From NCBI GenBank assembly GCA_039802265.1, contig JBDRWI010000022.1:1-33390 (forward strand): a stretch of DNA of 33,390 nucleotides, in the 5' to 3' direction. Positions 1 through 11,448 of this stretch are shown piece by piece. The notes below the pieces were generated by a model. That model saw only the letters and a program-made list of their open reading frames with translations. It was not told the DNA's origin and did no database searches. This stretch comes from a candidate division WOR-3 bacterium (GTDB lineage Bacteria > Hydrothermota > Tepidihabitantia > SM23-42 > JAOAFX01). Positions within the stretch are counted from its first letter, which is position 1, and every line of letters starts with the position of its first letter. The position numbers and the translations under genes are program-made.

Positions 1-640
1 CACCACAGTGTGGACTATATCTTCATCCAGTTTCACGGTTCCTTTTTATCTGGAGGAGTTGATCTCTCTTTGTGGTATTCATTGAAAGTGCAATCTGTAG
101 TATTTCATCAAATCCATCTTCAGTCAGATGTCTACCCTGCTGGATTAGTTCCACAACCTTTTTAAATTTTAGAAAATCAATACGTTTTTTCGTTCTCAAG
201 GGATAACGGGTAAAAAACTCGCAGATTTTGCCCAGATTCGCTATCTTTCTCACCCTGTAGCACCATCTTTCATCGTGATTCTTCCTTACCACACCAAATC
301 CGAAGAATTTCTTTAAGCCGTATAATACATCCTTATCGCGTAGATGCTGAACTACCGTAAATTCCGGCAGAATCTGATAGCCTATCTTCATCTCCGGATG
401 CCTCAGGAAGGAGATGTGGAAGCAACCTTCTCCATCCACAAATCCAGCAATCCATTCCGGGCTTAATTCCATCACTCCTCCTTGAAACTGGATGCCTGGC
501 GTATAGTCTCTGAGGAACTCCTTTATCAGGATTTCCTGCGGGTTGTCCAATCCTTGACTTTGTTACGGATTGTCATCCAATCTCGTATTCAAGGCTCTAA
601 GGAGTTTCCCGCATATAGCCAAGTTCAGGCAACGCTCGTT
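1..640 (-). mobile_element. Group I self-splicing intron in 23S rRNA at E. coli-equivalent position 1931; 3' end lies beyond the window start
   Basis: rRNA match stops after ...CGGTCCTAAGGT (641), where AGCGAAATTC should follow. P1 (AGGU/AAC-GAGC-GUUGCCU) has a U.G pair at the splice site. Core elements are present: P GCUAUAUGCGGGAA, Q GACAACCCGCAG, R CUCAGAGACUAUA (~500-515), S AAGAUAUAGUCC (~12-23). An 11-bp P8 stem (484-494 with 24-34) encloses the ORF. Confidence 0.95.
23..472 (-). CDS. Single-motif LAGLIDADG homing endonuclease (149 aa), intron-encoded
   Basis: Motif WIAGFVDGEGCF plus FTVVQH...L..LKKFFGFG and YPLRTKK..DF..F. ATG at 472 is preceded by SD AAGGAGGAG. The ORF-track extension to 550 lies in the ribozyme core. 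Confidence 0.93.
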   Translation of the reverse strand: MELSPEWIAGFVDGEGCFHISFLRHPEMKIGYQILPEFTVVQHLRDKDVLYGLKKFFGFGVVRKNHDERWCYRVRKIANLGKICEFFTRYPLRTKKRIDFLKFKKVVELIQQGRHLTEDGFDEILQIALSMNTTKRDQLLQIKRNRETG

Positions 641-2698
<2,058 letters not shown>

Positions 2699-2722
2699 TT
2701 AGACCCTTCCGCCAAATTTTAA

Positions 2723-2753
2723 TTTTCAAAGACCAGAACTACCAGTGGTAGTT
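2723..2753 (-). promoter_or_regulatory. rRNA antitermination leader: boxB-like hairpin and boxA-like element
   Basis: Hairpin AACTACC-N3-GGTAGTT (2737-2753) followed by TGGTCTTTGAAAA (2735-2723), between the promoter and the 23S 5' end. Confidence 0.65.
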
Positions 2754-2777
2754 AATCCTTTTTCCCCTCGCGCTATA

Positions 2778-2805
2778 ATTATATGCACTTTTACCAAAAT
2801 GTCAA
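2778..2805 (-). promoter_or_regulatory. sigma70-type promoter of the 23S gene
   Basis: TTGACA (2805-2800)-N16-TATAAT (2783-2778), followed by GC-rich GCGCGAGGGG. Confidence 0.88.
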
Positions 2806-2849
2806 GGGGTAAAACATCATAAATTTAGACCTTCTCAATTAACAATTGT

Positions 2850-3326
2850 TTATTTGAAATAGAATCTTATGCCCAATCCTCCTTCCAGGTCAAAATCGGT
2901 CGCCGGAAAGATATTTACTACTGGATATATCTCCAGAAAGATTCCGAACCGGACAATAGTATATTCAATACCACCACCCAGCCGCATTCCAATATGCAAT
3001 TCTGTTTCATTCTGCTCAGTTTCTTTAATCCTTAATCTCCCCCCAACCCCTAAGAACGGTATAAGTCCCTTTATTTCTTTCTGTTCACCGGTCATCTCGT
3101 CTTGCCATCTTATAACCGAAGGAAAGAGAAATTGATAATCAGTGGTAATATGAAGATGGTAATTTTCAGTAATCGACCAACCAATATTGGCGGCAACCGC
3201 TGAGTTTTTAGTGAAAATGACTTTACCGGTAAATCCAGTTGGACTGCCGAGAATAATTCCCAGCCCAAGATGTTGGGCAAAACCAGCTGTTATCAGTGAA
3301 AATAATATAGCTCCTAATTTATTCAT
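2850..3326 (-). CDS. Small outer-membrane beta-barrel protein
   Basis: Signal peptide, alternating Gly/aromatic beta-strands, C-terminal GLGIRFYFK. Start overlaps the dnaN stop. Confidence 0.7.
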   Translation of the reverse strand: MNKLGAILFSLITAGFAQHLGLGIILGSPTGFTGKVIFTKNSAVAANIGWSITENYHLHITTDYQFLFPSVIRWQDEMTGEQKEIKGLIPFLGVGGRLRIKETEQNETELHIGMRLGGGIEYTIVRFGIFLEIYPVVNIFPATDFDLEGGLGIRFYFK

Positions 3327-4416
3327 AAGTGTCGATTCTCAATGGCATCAAGAGATATATTAAAGATTCCCCTTCTTTTGGCTTAACAAGGGTGGCGGAG
3401 GTGGCTGAGGTAAGCTGAATAATTGCCTCTTCAGTAATTATGTGGCGCAGAATTTCAAGAAAGAATCCGGCATTGTACCAGATGCTAATGCCTTCACCTT
3501 CATATTTACAGGGAATCTCTTCTTTCGCCTCACCAATATCTGGAGATGCGGCTGATAGTAAGATACTATCTGTCCTGAAATCAAATTTTACATTTTTAAG
3601 ATTGGGACTGGCGACAAGCGAAACCCTTCTGAGTGCCCCTTCCAAAAATGACCTTTCCACTGAACAGGTTCCGATAAATGCCTTGGGGATGACACCTTCA
3701 TAATTCGGATAGGGTCCCTCTATGAGACGGGCAATGATTGATGTACTTAGGAATTTAAGTCCAACCATTCTTTCTTCTATGAATAATTCAATCTTTTCCT
3801 CTGGCCTGTCGTATTCAATTAAATCAAATAACTTTGGAGTTACAATCACTTCTCCAGCGGGTGCTGCGGATAGACTTTGCTTATAAAGGGCAAGGCGTGC
3901 CCCATCCGTTGTTACCATATTTAGGGTATCATCTTTTACCTGAATCAAAACTCCGTTCATCGGTCGCCGTGAAATATCCTTTGAGACCATAAAGATTGTT
4001 GAATCTATCTGGGTACTGAATTCTCCAATGGTGATTTCAAACCACTTCTTTTCGGGGAATTTTGGAATTTCCGGAAATTCCTGATAGTCAAGGGCAGGAA
4101 TGTTAAAATGGGCATTTCCTGCAATAATTCCCAGGTTCAATTCTTTTAATTTGAAAGTAAGTTCTTCAATATTTGCCTCTCGGGTTATTTCTAACAGTTT
4201 CTTTCCAGGAATTAGTACCTTTCCTTCTTTCTTTACTTCGGCATTGACAAATTTCTTTATGAAGATATCAAGGTCTGTTCCTTCTATAAAAATTTTATTT
4301 TCTTTTGCTTCGATTATGATATTTTGAAGAACCGTGTAGGTACTTTTGGGCGGAATTAGTTTTACAATGCTCTGAAGGGTCTTTTCTAAAAAGCCTCGGT
4401 TAATTTTAAATTCCAT
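3319..4416 (-). CDS. dnaN: DNA polymerase III beta sliding clamp
   Basis: 365 aa with GTDLD, TTDGARLA, RLIEGPYPNY and C-terminal YLLMPLR; lies downstream of dnaA. Confidence 0.97.
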   Translation of the reverse strand: MEFKINRGFLEKTLQSIVKLIPPKSTYTVLQNIIIEAKENKIFIEGTDLDIFIKKFVNAEVKKEGKVLIPGKKLLEITREANIEELTFKLKELNLGIIAGNAHFNIPALDYQEFPEIPKFPEKKWFEITIGEFSTQIDSTIFMVSKDISRRPMNGVLIQVKDDTLNMVTTDGARLALYKQSLSAAPAGEVIVTPKLFDLIEYDRPEEKIELFIEERMVGLKFLSTSIIARLIEGPYPNYEGVIPKAFIGTCSVERSFLEGALRRVSLVASPNLKNVKFDFRTDSILLSAASPDIGEAKEEIPCKYEGEGISIWYNAGFFLEILRHIITEEAIIQLTSATSATLVKPKEGESLIYLLMPLRIDTYE

Positions 4417-4613
4417 TTTTCCCCCTTATCTCATTAACAAAATTATTTGAAATCAAATTGCTGTTATTATTGGAATAATGGAAAAGTGGATAATCGTAAA
4501 TTGTTAAGAAAAATTGGTAAAAATAGAGAAAGACAATGTGGATAATTGTGTGGATAGAGAAAGGATAAATTAATAACGATTTTGAAAAAAAACTATTCAA
4601 CATTTTATCAACA
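4417..4613. other. oriC element between dnaA and dnaN (DnaA boxes plus AT-rich unwinding region)
   Basis: TGTGGATAA 4537-4545 (perfect); TGTGGATAG 4549-4557, AGTGGATAA 4485-4493 and TTATCAACA 4605-4613 (one mismatch each). AT-rich tract next to dnaN. Confidence 0.85.
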
Positions 4614-5927
4614 ATTTATCCTGTTGGTTATTGACTCTATCTTAAGGGCAATTTCGGTGTCAACACCTCTTAATCTTTCAATTTTATCAATCGCATGAAT
4701 CACGGTACTATGGTCCTTGCCACCAAAAAATTCACCTATCTCAGTCAGTGAAAGATTTAAAAGATTTCGCACCAGATACATCGCAATCTGGCGGGCCAGG
4801 GCAAGTTTGGGTGTGCGTTTCTTACCCTTTAACTCCTCTTCGCTGAAACCAAATTCCGCACAGACACGCTTGAGAATCAATTCCTTTGTGGGTTGTCCAT
4901 TTGTTCCAAACATATCCCTTAATGCCTCTTCAGCGAGTGATTCAGTCAATTCCTGTCCGGAAAGTGATGCCATTGCCATCAGTCTTATAAGACATCCTTC
5001 CAGTTCACGGATATTTGACTTTACGCGCGAAGCAATATAATATGCAACACTGCTCGGTAGTTTTACATTTTCTATCGCGGCCTTTTTCTGCAATATGGCA
5101 ATCCTTGTCTCAAGGTCTGGGGGTTGAAGGTCTACAACCAGACCACCCTGAAAACGGGATGTGAGACGTTCTTCCAGCGTGGTCAATTCTTTGGGTGGAC
5201 GGTCAGATGTAAGAACAATCTGCTTGCCCTGACTGTAAAGATAGTCAAAGGTATGGAATATCTCATCCTGCAACCGCTCTTTACCATAAAGAAATTGAAT
5301 GTCATCAATCAATAGAATGTCAATCGTTCTATACTTCTTCTTGAATGCAATTTGGAGATTCTTCTGAATTGCCTCAATCAGTTCATTCATTATATTCTCA
5401 GCCTGGGTATAATAGACCTTCATATTTTTATGCTGGCGATGGACAAAGTTACCAATTGCCTGCATCAAATGAGTCTTACCCAGTCCAACACCACCATAAA
5501 GAAACAATGGATTGTATGCCTCACCCGGTGCCTCGGCAACTGCCAGGGCAGCAGCATGGGCAAACTCATTATTTTTACCCACGACAAAATTCTCAAAGGT
5601 ATACCTTTCCTGCAATTTTGTAGGACTTTGTGAGATTATAAAATGTTTCTTTTTTGCAACTGGCCGACTTCCTTCCTGGGTGGCAGTTTTGAAACTCACC
5701 CGTAGTTTATCTCCATTTACGGCATTTACTGCCTCTTCAAGGATCTGGGCATAATGGACAGCAATCCAGTCAATATGAAAGTTGGTGGGCATTTCAACAA
5801 ATAATAGACCATCCTTCAGTTCTACTCCTTTACTCTTCTCAAACCAGGTAGTATAGGACTGGGGATGTATCTTCTCTTTTATATATGAGAGAATATTATC
5901 CCAGATTACCTTTGCCGAATCGTTCAT
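4608..5927 (-). CDS. dnaA: Chromosomal replication initiator DnaA
   Basis: YTFENFVVG, YNPLFLYGGVGLGKTHL, LLIDDIQF, NIRELEG and GGKDHSTVIHA motifs. Confidence 0.99.
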   Translation of the reverse strand: MNDSAKVIWDNILSYIKEKIHPQSYTTWFEKSKGVELKDGLLFVEMPTNFHIDWIAVHYAQILEEAVNAVNGDKLRVSFKTATQEGSRPVAKKKHFIISQSPTKLQERYTFENFVVGKNNEFAHAAALAVAEAPGEAYNPLFLYGGVGLGKTHLMQAIGNFVHRQHKNMKVYYTQAENIMNELIEAIQKNLQIAFKKKYRTIDILLIDDIQFLYGKERLQDEIFHTFDYLYSQGKQIVLTSDRPPKELTTLEERLTSRFQGGLVVDLQPPDLETRIAILQKKAAIENVKLPSSVAYYIASRVKSNIRELEGCLIRLMAMASLSGQELTESLAEEALRDMFGTNGQPTKELILKRVCAEFGFSEEELKGKKRTPKLALARQIAMYLVRNLLNLSLTEIGEFFGGKDHSTVIHAIDKIERLRGVDTEIALKIESITNRINC

Positions 5928-5933
5928 ATTTGG

Positions 5934-5964
5934 TTATCCACAGTTATCCACAAACTTATCCACA
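5934..5964 (+). promoter_or_regulatory. Three perfect tandem DnaA boxes just upstream of the dnaA start
   Basis: TTATCCACA at 5934-5942, 5945-5953 and 5956-5964 (11-bp period). Confidence 0.92.
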
Positions 5965-6052
5965 TTATAAAACCCCTTAAATCCATTGAAAAATCGGAGG
6001 ATATATCTTATAAAAAAAATCTCTTTCATAATAATCAAATTAAAGGCTGATA

Positions 6053-6080
6053 AGTTTACCTAAAAAATGGAAAAAGTCAA
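6053..6080 (-). promoter_or_regulatory. Probable dnaA promoter
   Basis: TTGACT (6080-6075)-N16-TAAACT (6058-6053). Confidence 0.65.
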
Positions 6081-6191
6081 GAAAAAAGTAAATTCTTTGA
6101 AAAAAATTCAGGCACAAAATTTGCATATAGTCATAAAAATCGGTTTGGACAATATATTCCACGCGAATTGGAAATATGGGATCTCAATAAG

Positions 6192-7112
6192 TTACCTTAA
6201 GGCCTTGCCTACGGATCCGAACAGGATTATCTTTTCACCTATTATCTTCTTTATAATTTCCTGGGCATAGCCTAAGATCTTTCTCGGGTCAAAGTCCGAT
6301 GGGTTCTTCATTAAATATTCACGAATTCCGCAAGTAAAGGCAATTCTTATATCAGTATCAACATTGACCTTTGCGATGCCGTTTGCTATAGCCTCCTTTA
6401 TCAAGTGATCGGGAATCCCGCTGGTGTGTTGAATATGGGCACCGTATCTATTTGCATAGTTGACCCAGCGTTTCTTTACTCCTGATGCGCCGTGTAAGAC
6501 AAGAGGAATTTTTATCTCTCGGGCAATTTCCTTCAATATATCAATCCGCAGTTTTGGTTTTCCTTTGAATTTATAGGCACCATGGGATGTACCTATCGCC
6601 ACCGCCAGTGCATCACACCCTGATTCTATTGCAAATCTCTTTGCCTCCAATGGGTCGGTATAAATGGCACTATCCGAATTTAAGTCGTCTTCAATCCCGG
6701 CAAGCCTGCCGATTTCGGCCTCAACCGAGACATTCCTCTTATGGGCATAGGCGACAACCTTTTTTGTAATTTTCAAATTCTCTTTATAGGGAAGATGTGA
6801 GGCATCAATCATCACCGATGTAAATCCATTTTTAATACAGTCCTGGGCAATTTCAAATGACGAGCCATGGTCCAGGTGCAGGACAACCGGAATCTTGGAT
6901 TTTTTCGCCAGTTCCAAGACAATATTGCTGATCTGTGTTAGCCCCGCATATCTTATCGCCTTTTCACTCACACCAATGATTACCGGTGAATTCAGTTCCT
7001 CAGCTGATTTAATAATTGCCTGGGTAATCTCTAAGTTAGCGGTATTGAAATGCCCTACCGCATAATGGTTACGCCATGCCTGAGGCAGGATTTGATTGAG
7101 ATTCATTAACAT
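6192..7112 (-). CDS. fba: Class II fructose-1,6-bisphosphate aldolase
   Basis: VVLHLDHG, GFTSVMIDASH, VEAEIG, AIGTSHGAYK, PLVLHGASG and KVNVDTD motifs. Confidence 0.96.
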   Translation of the reverse strand: MLMNLNQILPQAWRNHYAVGHFNTANLEITQAIIKSAEELNSPVIIGVSEKAIRYAGLTQISNIVLELAKKSKIPVVLHLDHGSSFEIAQDCIKNGFTSVMIDASHLPYKENLKITKKVVAYAHKRNVSVEAEIGRLAGIEDDLNSDSAIYTDPLEAKRFAIESGCDALAVAIGTSHGAYKFKGKPKLRIDILKEIAREIKIPLVLHGASGVKKRWVNYANRYGAHIQHTSGIPDHLIKEAIANGIAKVNVDTDIRIAFTCGIREYLMKNPSDFDPRKILGYAQEIIKKIIGEKIILFGSVGKALR

Positions 7113-7136
7113 CTAAAAATTGCACTCCGGGTTTAA

Positions 7137-8951
7137 TTATTTCAACACAATAAACTTTCTTACCGTTTTCCATCTCTCGGTTTTCACTACTGCGAAATAG
7201 ATACCTTCAGGCAGTGTCCGATTGTAACTGTCAACCAGTGGAATACTTATTTTATAAAAATTGGGTGTAATTTTCTCACTCTTTACCGCCTTCCCCAGAA
7301 TATTGTAAATTGTTATTTCAAATTCTTTTAATTTATCACCGAAAATGGATAATGTCAAGGCGTGCCTCGTGTGGGTAGGAATGTATAAAGATATTTTTTT
7401 CTTTATTTTGGATTGTTGCTCACTGATGTCGATCAAGCCAATAATTGTATCAGTCCAACACCAGAAGCCCCCTGCACCAGTCATTCCTTGATTTTCTTGT
7501 GGACTCCTATTTACTACAAATATCCTATCACCTGCCCAGGCACGATAATAAATTAAAAACTCCCCTGTTGTTCGTGGTCTAAGTGCAACCCAGTAATTAA
7601 CGGTATCATTGGGGGGTAAGTAGTTATCCCAGTGATTGCCTCCATACCATTCAACCCATTGAAATCCATCCCAATTCGGACCTGATTGAGAATAACCGAT
7701 TCCATACCCACTCGTTTTATAATCAACAATCTCAAGTTGTGAAGTATCAACAGAAAAATGGACACCATAGTTATATGGGGTTAGTGGTCCATTGTTCGTT
7801 AACCTAAGGTAAATGGTATCAATTTCGTCCGAGAGAAGGGATTCTGGCAGAATGGTGGTCTGGATTGACAAATCTATCGGTCCCATTTCATAAGGACGAT
7901 AATTTATATATATTGGATTGGTAAAGCCCTGACCCTCATTTTCCGCATTTCTAATTTCAACCCGCACAAAATTCGTATCATCAGGTGTATAAGTATGTGT
8001 CCATTCATAAACCCACGAACCGGGTAGGGCAGGATGTTCTTCAAAAATTCCATTTTTATCAAAGAACCAGGCTTTGTATCCGGAGAGATTATTATGCGAT
8101 TCAATCCGGAACTTTATTATTGTTGGAGTATTAATTGATATTATATCACCGGTTAATTTATCATAGACACCATCATTCCCTGAATCTGCATAGAAATAAA
8201 CAATAGGATGGTCAAAGTGTTCAGACATCGTCATCCGTCCCAGTTTTATATATTTTATTATTGTATCGGGCTCATTGCTCGGGGCATATACCCTGATACA
8301 GGGGTCAAGGATATTCTGTATTTCATCATTGTGGAAATCCGAAGATGCAATTCCGGCAATGGCACGGCCTTGGGCGAGTAAACTCTGCCACCAGTCGATT
8401 GCCTGCTGATTATAAGTTGACCAGGATTTGTTTAAAATTTCAATGGCATCAATACCGATATCAAGGTATGGATAATGTTGCCAGTTTACTCCCGGCCTTG
8501 CGGGATGATTGATTACGACTATACCACCCCGATAAGTCGCCTTATCTATCATATCTATAATTGGACAATAATAATTTACTGGATTATCGCCCTGAAGACC
8601 CAAAATACAGGCATGTCCAGAATCCGAGGTCCATTCAGTTCCCCTTATCGGGAGTACATTTCCTGTTTGGTGCCAGCCTGTATCATTACATTGGGCAAGT
8701 GTATTATGGTCAGTGATGGCAAGGAAACTACCACCCAAGTTATTCACCTCATTCAAATCCCAACTTACACTATGGAGTCCGTCACTATATGTGCTGTGAC
8801 AATGGGTATTACCCAGCCACCAATAATTCCTATGGCAGGTGAGGTTTATAACTATTGAATTTGGAATTAACTCACCTGGGGCAGCGAGATAATCCCCGGC
8901 AATAAAGTGAATTGAAAAGATAAGGCAGGATATATTGAATATCTCAACCAT
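7137..8951 (-). CDS. Secreted PHP-domain (CehA/McbA-like) metallohydrolase with T9SS-type C-terminal domain
   Basis: GNTHCHSTYSDG, AITDHN, GTEW, INHP and SSDFH metal ligands; C-terminal IYNILGK...LPEGIYF...RKFIVLK. Start moved to ATG 8951 (GAGG upstream, and the promoter lies within the longer ORF). Confidence 0.85.
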   Translation of the reverse strand: MVEIFNISCLIFSIHFIAGDYLAAPGELIPNSIVINLTCHRNYWWLGNTHCHSTYSDGLHSVSWDLNEVNNLGGSFLAITDHNTLAQCNDTGWHQTGNVLPIRGTEWTSDSGHACILGLQGDNPVNYYCPIIDMIDKATYRGGIVVINHPARPGVNWQHYPYLDIGIDAIEILNKSWSTYNQQAIDWWQSLLAQGRAIAGIASSDFHNDEIQNILDPCIRVYAPSNEPDTIIKYIKLGRMTMSEHFDHPIVYFYADSGNDGVYDKLTGDIISINTPTIIKFRIESHNNLSGYKAWFFDKNGIFEEHPALPGSWVYEWTHTYTPDDTNFVRVEIRNAENEGQGFTNPIYINYRPYEMGPIDLSIQTTILPESLLSDEIDTIYLRLTNNGPLTPYNYGVHFSVDTSQLEIVDYKTSGYGIGYSQSGPNWDGFQWVEWYGGNHWDNYLPPNDTVNYWVALRPRTTGEFLIYYRAWAGDRIFVVNRSPQENQGMTGAGGFWCWTDTIIGLIDISEQQSKIKKKISLYIPTHTRHALTLSIFGDKLKEFEITIYNILGKAVKSEKITPNFYKISIPLVDSYNRTLPEGIYFAVVKTERWKTVRKFIVLK

Positions 8952-8979
8952 GATAGTTGCCTCTAAGGAGTATTTTTTA

Positions 8980-9007
8980 ATTATAAATAAAGATTCCAAA
9001 GAGTCAA
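8980..9007 (-). promoter_or_regulatory. Promoter of the PHP hydrolase (and possibly fba)
   Basis: TTGACT (9007-9002)-N16-TATAAT (8985-8980). Confidence 0.75.
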
Positions 9008-9091
9008 TAATTAAAACATAAAATCGGATAATCAGATCGGCTAATATTATTTTAAAATTTTCAGGGTTTCAGGAATCTACTCTGATGTATC

Positions 9092-9120
9092 TTGATAAAG
9101 ATGAATCAGGCATATATAAT
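9092..9120 (+). promoter_or_regulatory. hypF promoter, probably giving a leaderless mRNA
   Basis: TTGATA-N17-TATAAT ending 6 nt before ATG 9127; no SD. Confidence 0.6.
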
Positions 9121-9126
9121 AGTTCA

Positions 9127-11418
9127 ATGACAAGGATTCGGGTGCAGGTCAGGGGGATAGTCCAGGGGGTTGGATTCAGGCCGTTTGTCTATCGTCTGGC
9201 AAAGAACTTGAGATTGGTCGGGTTTGTGCGCAATACATCTTTCGGTTTAGAAATTGAAGTTGAAGGAGCACTCTGGAAACTAAAAGAATTTTTAAAAAGA
9301 CTTTCATCACAGAGACCACAGGCATCAATAATTGAAGGGGTTAAGGTCAAAAAGATCCCGGTAAAAAAAGAAAAAGATTTTATTATAAAGCAAAGCAGAC
9401 CGGCTAAAGGCTTCACGCAGATTTCACCTGATATTGCGACCTGCAAGGACTGTTTAATGGAATTCTTCAATCCCAGAGACCGCCGATATCGATTCCCCTT
9501 TATCAACTGCACAAACTGTGGTCCAAGATATTCAATAATTCATAATACACCCTATGACCGCAAACAGACATCAATGGAGAAATTTAGAATGTGTCCAGAT
9601 TGTAAAGAGGAATTTGAAGATGTGCGCAACCGTAGATTCCACGCCCAGCCTGATTGTTGTTTTGTGTGTGGACCACAATTTTCTTTATATCGCGTTGATG
9701 GCAAGCAGATCAAAACAAGCGATCCGATTGCCAAGGCAATAGACCTGCTCCACAAAGGAGAAATCATTGCCATCAAGGGTATCGGTGGATTTCATATTGC
9801 CTGTGATGCTACAAATTGTAGCACGATAAAAAAATTAAGGATTTTAAAGAACCGACCGACCAAGCCATTTGCGATAATGGCAAGATATACCGACATCAAA
9901 AAAATTGCAAGCCCCTTTAGGGAAGAATTGAGCATCTTAAGATCTCCCATTGCCCCGATTATGTTATTGAAAAAAAGAGATAGGGTGGTATGTGAAGAAG
10001 TGGCACCGAAAAATCCATATCTCGGCGTTATGCTTCCCTATGCCCCGATTCATTATCTGCTCCTGGAAGGGATTCCCTATCTTGTTATGACCAGTGCCAA
10101 TATTGCCGATGAGCCATTGGTGAAGGACGACGAAGAAGTTAGAAAAAAATTAAAAAAAATAGTTTCTTTCTATCTCACCCATAATCGCGATATTGTCAAT
10201 CGCTGTGATGATTCAGTGGGATTTTATCTTGCAAAAAGAGGATTTTCCATCATCAGACGCTCAAGGGGATATGTCCCTGTTCCTGTTGAATTGCCTTTTA
10301 AGGTCAGACCAACCCTTGCGGTTGGACCGTATTTAAAGAATACCTTTACCCTCGCCGATAAAAATTATGCCTATGTTTCACCACACATCGGGGATCTGGA
10401 TAATATAGAGACCTTGAACTTTTTTAATGAGATGGTTGAAAAATATAAAAAATGGTTCAAGATTGAACCGGAATTAATTATTCATGACCTGCATCCAGAC
10501 TATCTGTCTACAAAGATTGCCCTTGAAATAGCGAAAGGCGAGAGTTTAAAGGTGAAAGGTGTCCAGCACCACATTGCCCACATCGTCTCCTGTCTTGGCG
10601 AAAACAGAATTTATGATCGGGTAATTGGCATTGCCTTTGATGGTACTGGATTTGGTCTTGATGGAAAAATCTGGGGGAGCGAATTCTTTGTCGGTGATAT
10701 CAAGGAATTAAAGAGGGTTTCCCATCTTGAGTATCTACCACTTCCGGGTGGCGAGGAGAGTATAAGAAAGCCTTACCGGATTGCAATTGCCTACCTGTAT
10801 AAACTCTTTGGTAAGGAGTTAATCCGTCAGGATTTTATAAAAAACTTGCAACTTAAATCATTTTCTAAAGAAATTGACACGATCATCAAAATGATTGACC
10901 GAAATTATAACCTTGCCTTTACCTCAAGTATGGGTAGGCTCTTTGACTGTGTCTCGGCAATGCTCGGAATTACCCAAGAAATTACCTACGAGGCTGAGGC
11001 TGCAATAAACCTTGAATATATAGCAAAGAAGGGAATAAAAGATTATTATCCATACATCATTACGATGGAATCTGATGAATTTGTTATTTATATTCGCCCC
11101 ATCCTTGAAGGCATATTAAACGACATTAAAAAAGAGGTAGATAGAGGTATCATCTCCGCAAAATTCCATAATACAATCGTTCAATTCTCTCTTGCCATTG
11201 CAATAAAATTACGCAGGATTTATAGTGTAAAGAAAATTATTTTATCGGGTGGTGTCTTTCAAAATCGTTATTTATTGAATCTGATGATAGATGCTCTTGA
11301 AAAAAATAACTTTCAGGTTTATACGCACCACCGGCTCCCCACAAACGATGGTTGTATATCTTATGGACAGGTGATACATGGGAACATAACAAGCAAATGT
11401 GCCTGCTATTCCTATTGA
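9127..11418 (+). CDS. hypF: Hydrogenase maturation carbamoyltransferase HypF
   Basis: Acylphosphatase-like GIVQGVGFRPFVY, zinc-finger CxxC pairs (CKDC, CTNC, CPDC), KGIGGFH, HDLHPDY, QHHIAH, TSSMGRLFD, PTNDGCISYGQ. Confidence 0.97.
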   Translation: MTRIRVQVRGIVQGVGFRPFVYRLAKNLRLVGFVRNTSFGLEIEVEGALWKLKEFLKRLSSQRPQASIIEGVKVKKIPVKKEKDFIIKQSRPAKGFTQISPDIATCKDCLMEFFNPRDRRYRFPFINCTNCGPRYSIIHNTPYDRKQTSMEKFRMCPDCKEEFEDVRNRRFHAQPDCCFVCGPQFSLYRVDGKQIKTSDPIAKAIDLLHKGEIIAIKGIGGFHIACDATNCSTIKKLRILKNRPTKPFAIMARYTDIKKIASPFREELSILRSPIAPIMLLKKRDRVVCEEVAPKNPYLGVMLPYAPIHYLLLEGIPYLVMTSANIADEPLVKDDEEVRKKLKKIVSFYLTHNRDIVNRCDDSVGFYLAKRGFSIIRRSRGYVPVPVELPFKVRPTLAVGPYLKNTFTLADKNYAYVSPHIGDLDNIETLNFFNEMVEKYKKWFKIEPELIIHDLHPDYLSTKIALEIAKGESLKVKGVQHHIAHIVSCLGENRIYDRVIGIAFDGTGFGLDGKIWGSEFFVGDIKELKRVSHLEYLPLPGGEESIRKPYRIAIAYLYKLFGKELIRQDFIKNLQLKSFSKEIDTIIKMIDRNYNLAFTSSMGRLFDCVSAMLGITQEITYEAEAAINLEYIAKKGIKDYYPYIITMESDEFVIYIRPILEGILNDIKKEVDRGIISAKFHNTIVQFSLAIAIKLRRIYSVKKIILSGGVFQNRYLLNLMIDALEKNNFQVYTHHRLPTNDGCISYGQVIHGNITSKCACYSY
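11397..11413 (+). pseudogene. hypC: Probable relic of the hypC 5' end (MCLAIP with a 1-nt deletion)
   Basis: ATGTGCCT-GCTATTCCT overlaps the hypF 3' end; restoring one base gives Met-Cys-Leu-Ala-Ile-Pro. Confidence 0.45.
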
Positions 11419-11443
11419 CATTTTTTATTTCTTAAATTATATT
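11415..11443 (+). promoter_or_regulatory. Promoter of the STAND regulator, probably leaderless
   Basis: TTGACA-N17-TATATT ending 5 nt before ATG 11449; no SD. Confidence 0.55.
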
Positions 11444-11448
11444 TAAAT

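Noticed and set aside
473..550. N-terminal extension of the endonuclease ORF
   Set aside because: It overlaps ribozyme Q/R elements; the strong SD points to ATG 472.
4406..4603. 65-aa ORF between dnaA and dnaN
   Set aside because: Low-complexity translation of the AT-rich DnaA-box region.
5934..5964. Short tandem repeat as a possible CRISPR or VNTR
   Set aside because: The units are 9-mer DnaA boxes with 2-nt gaps; no spacer array or cas gene anywhere in the window.
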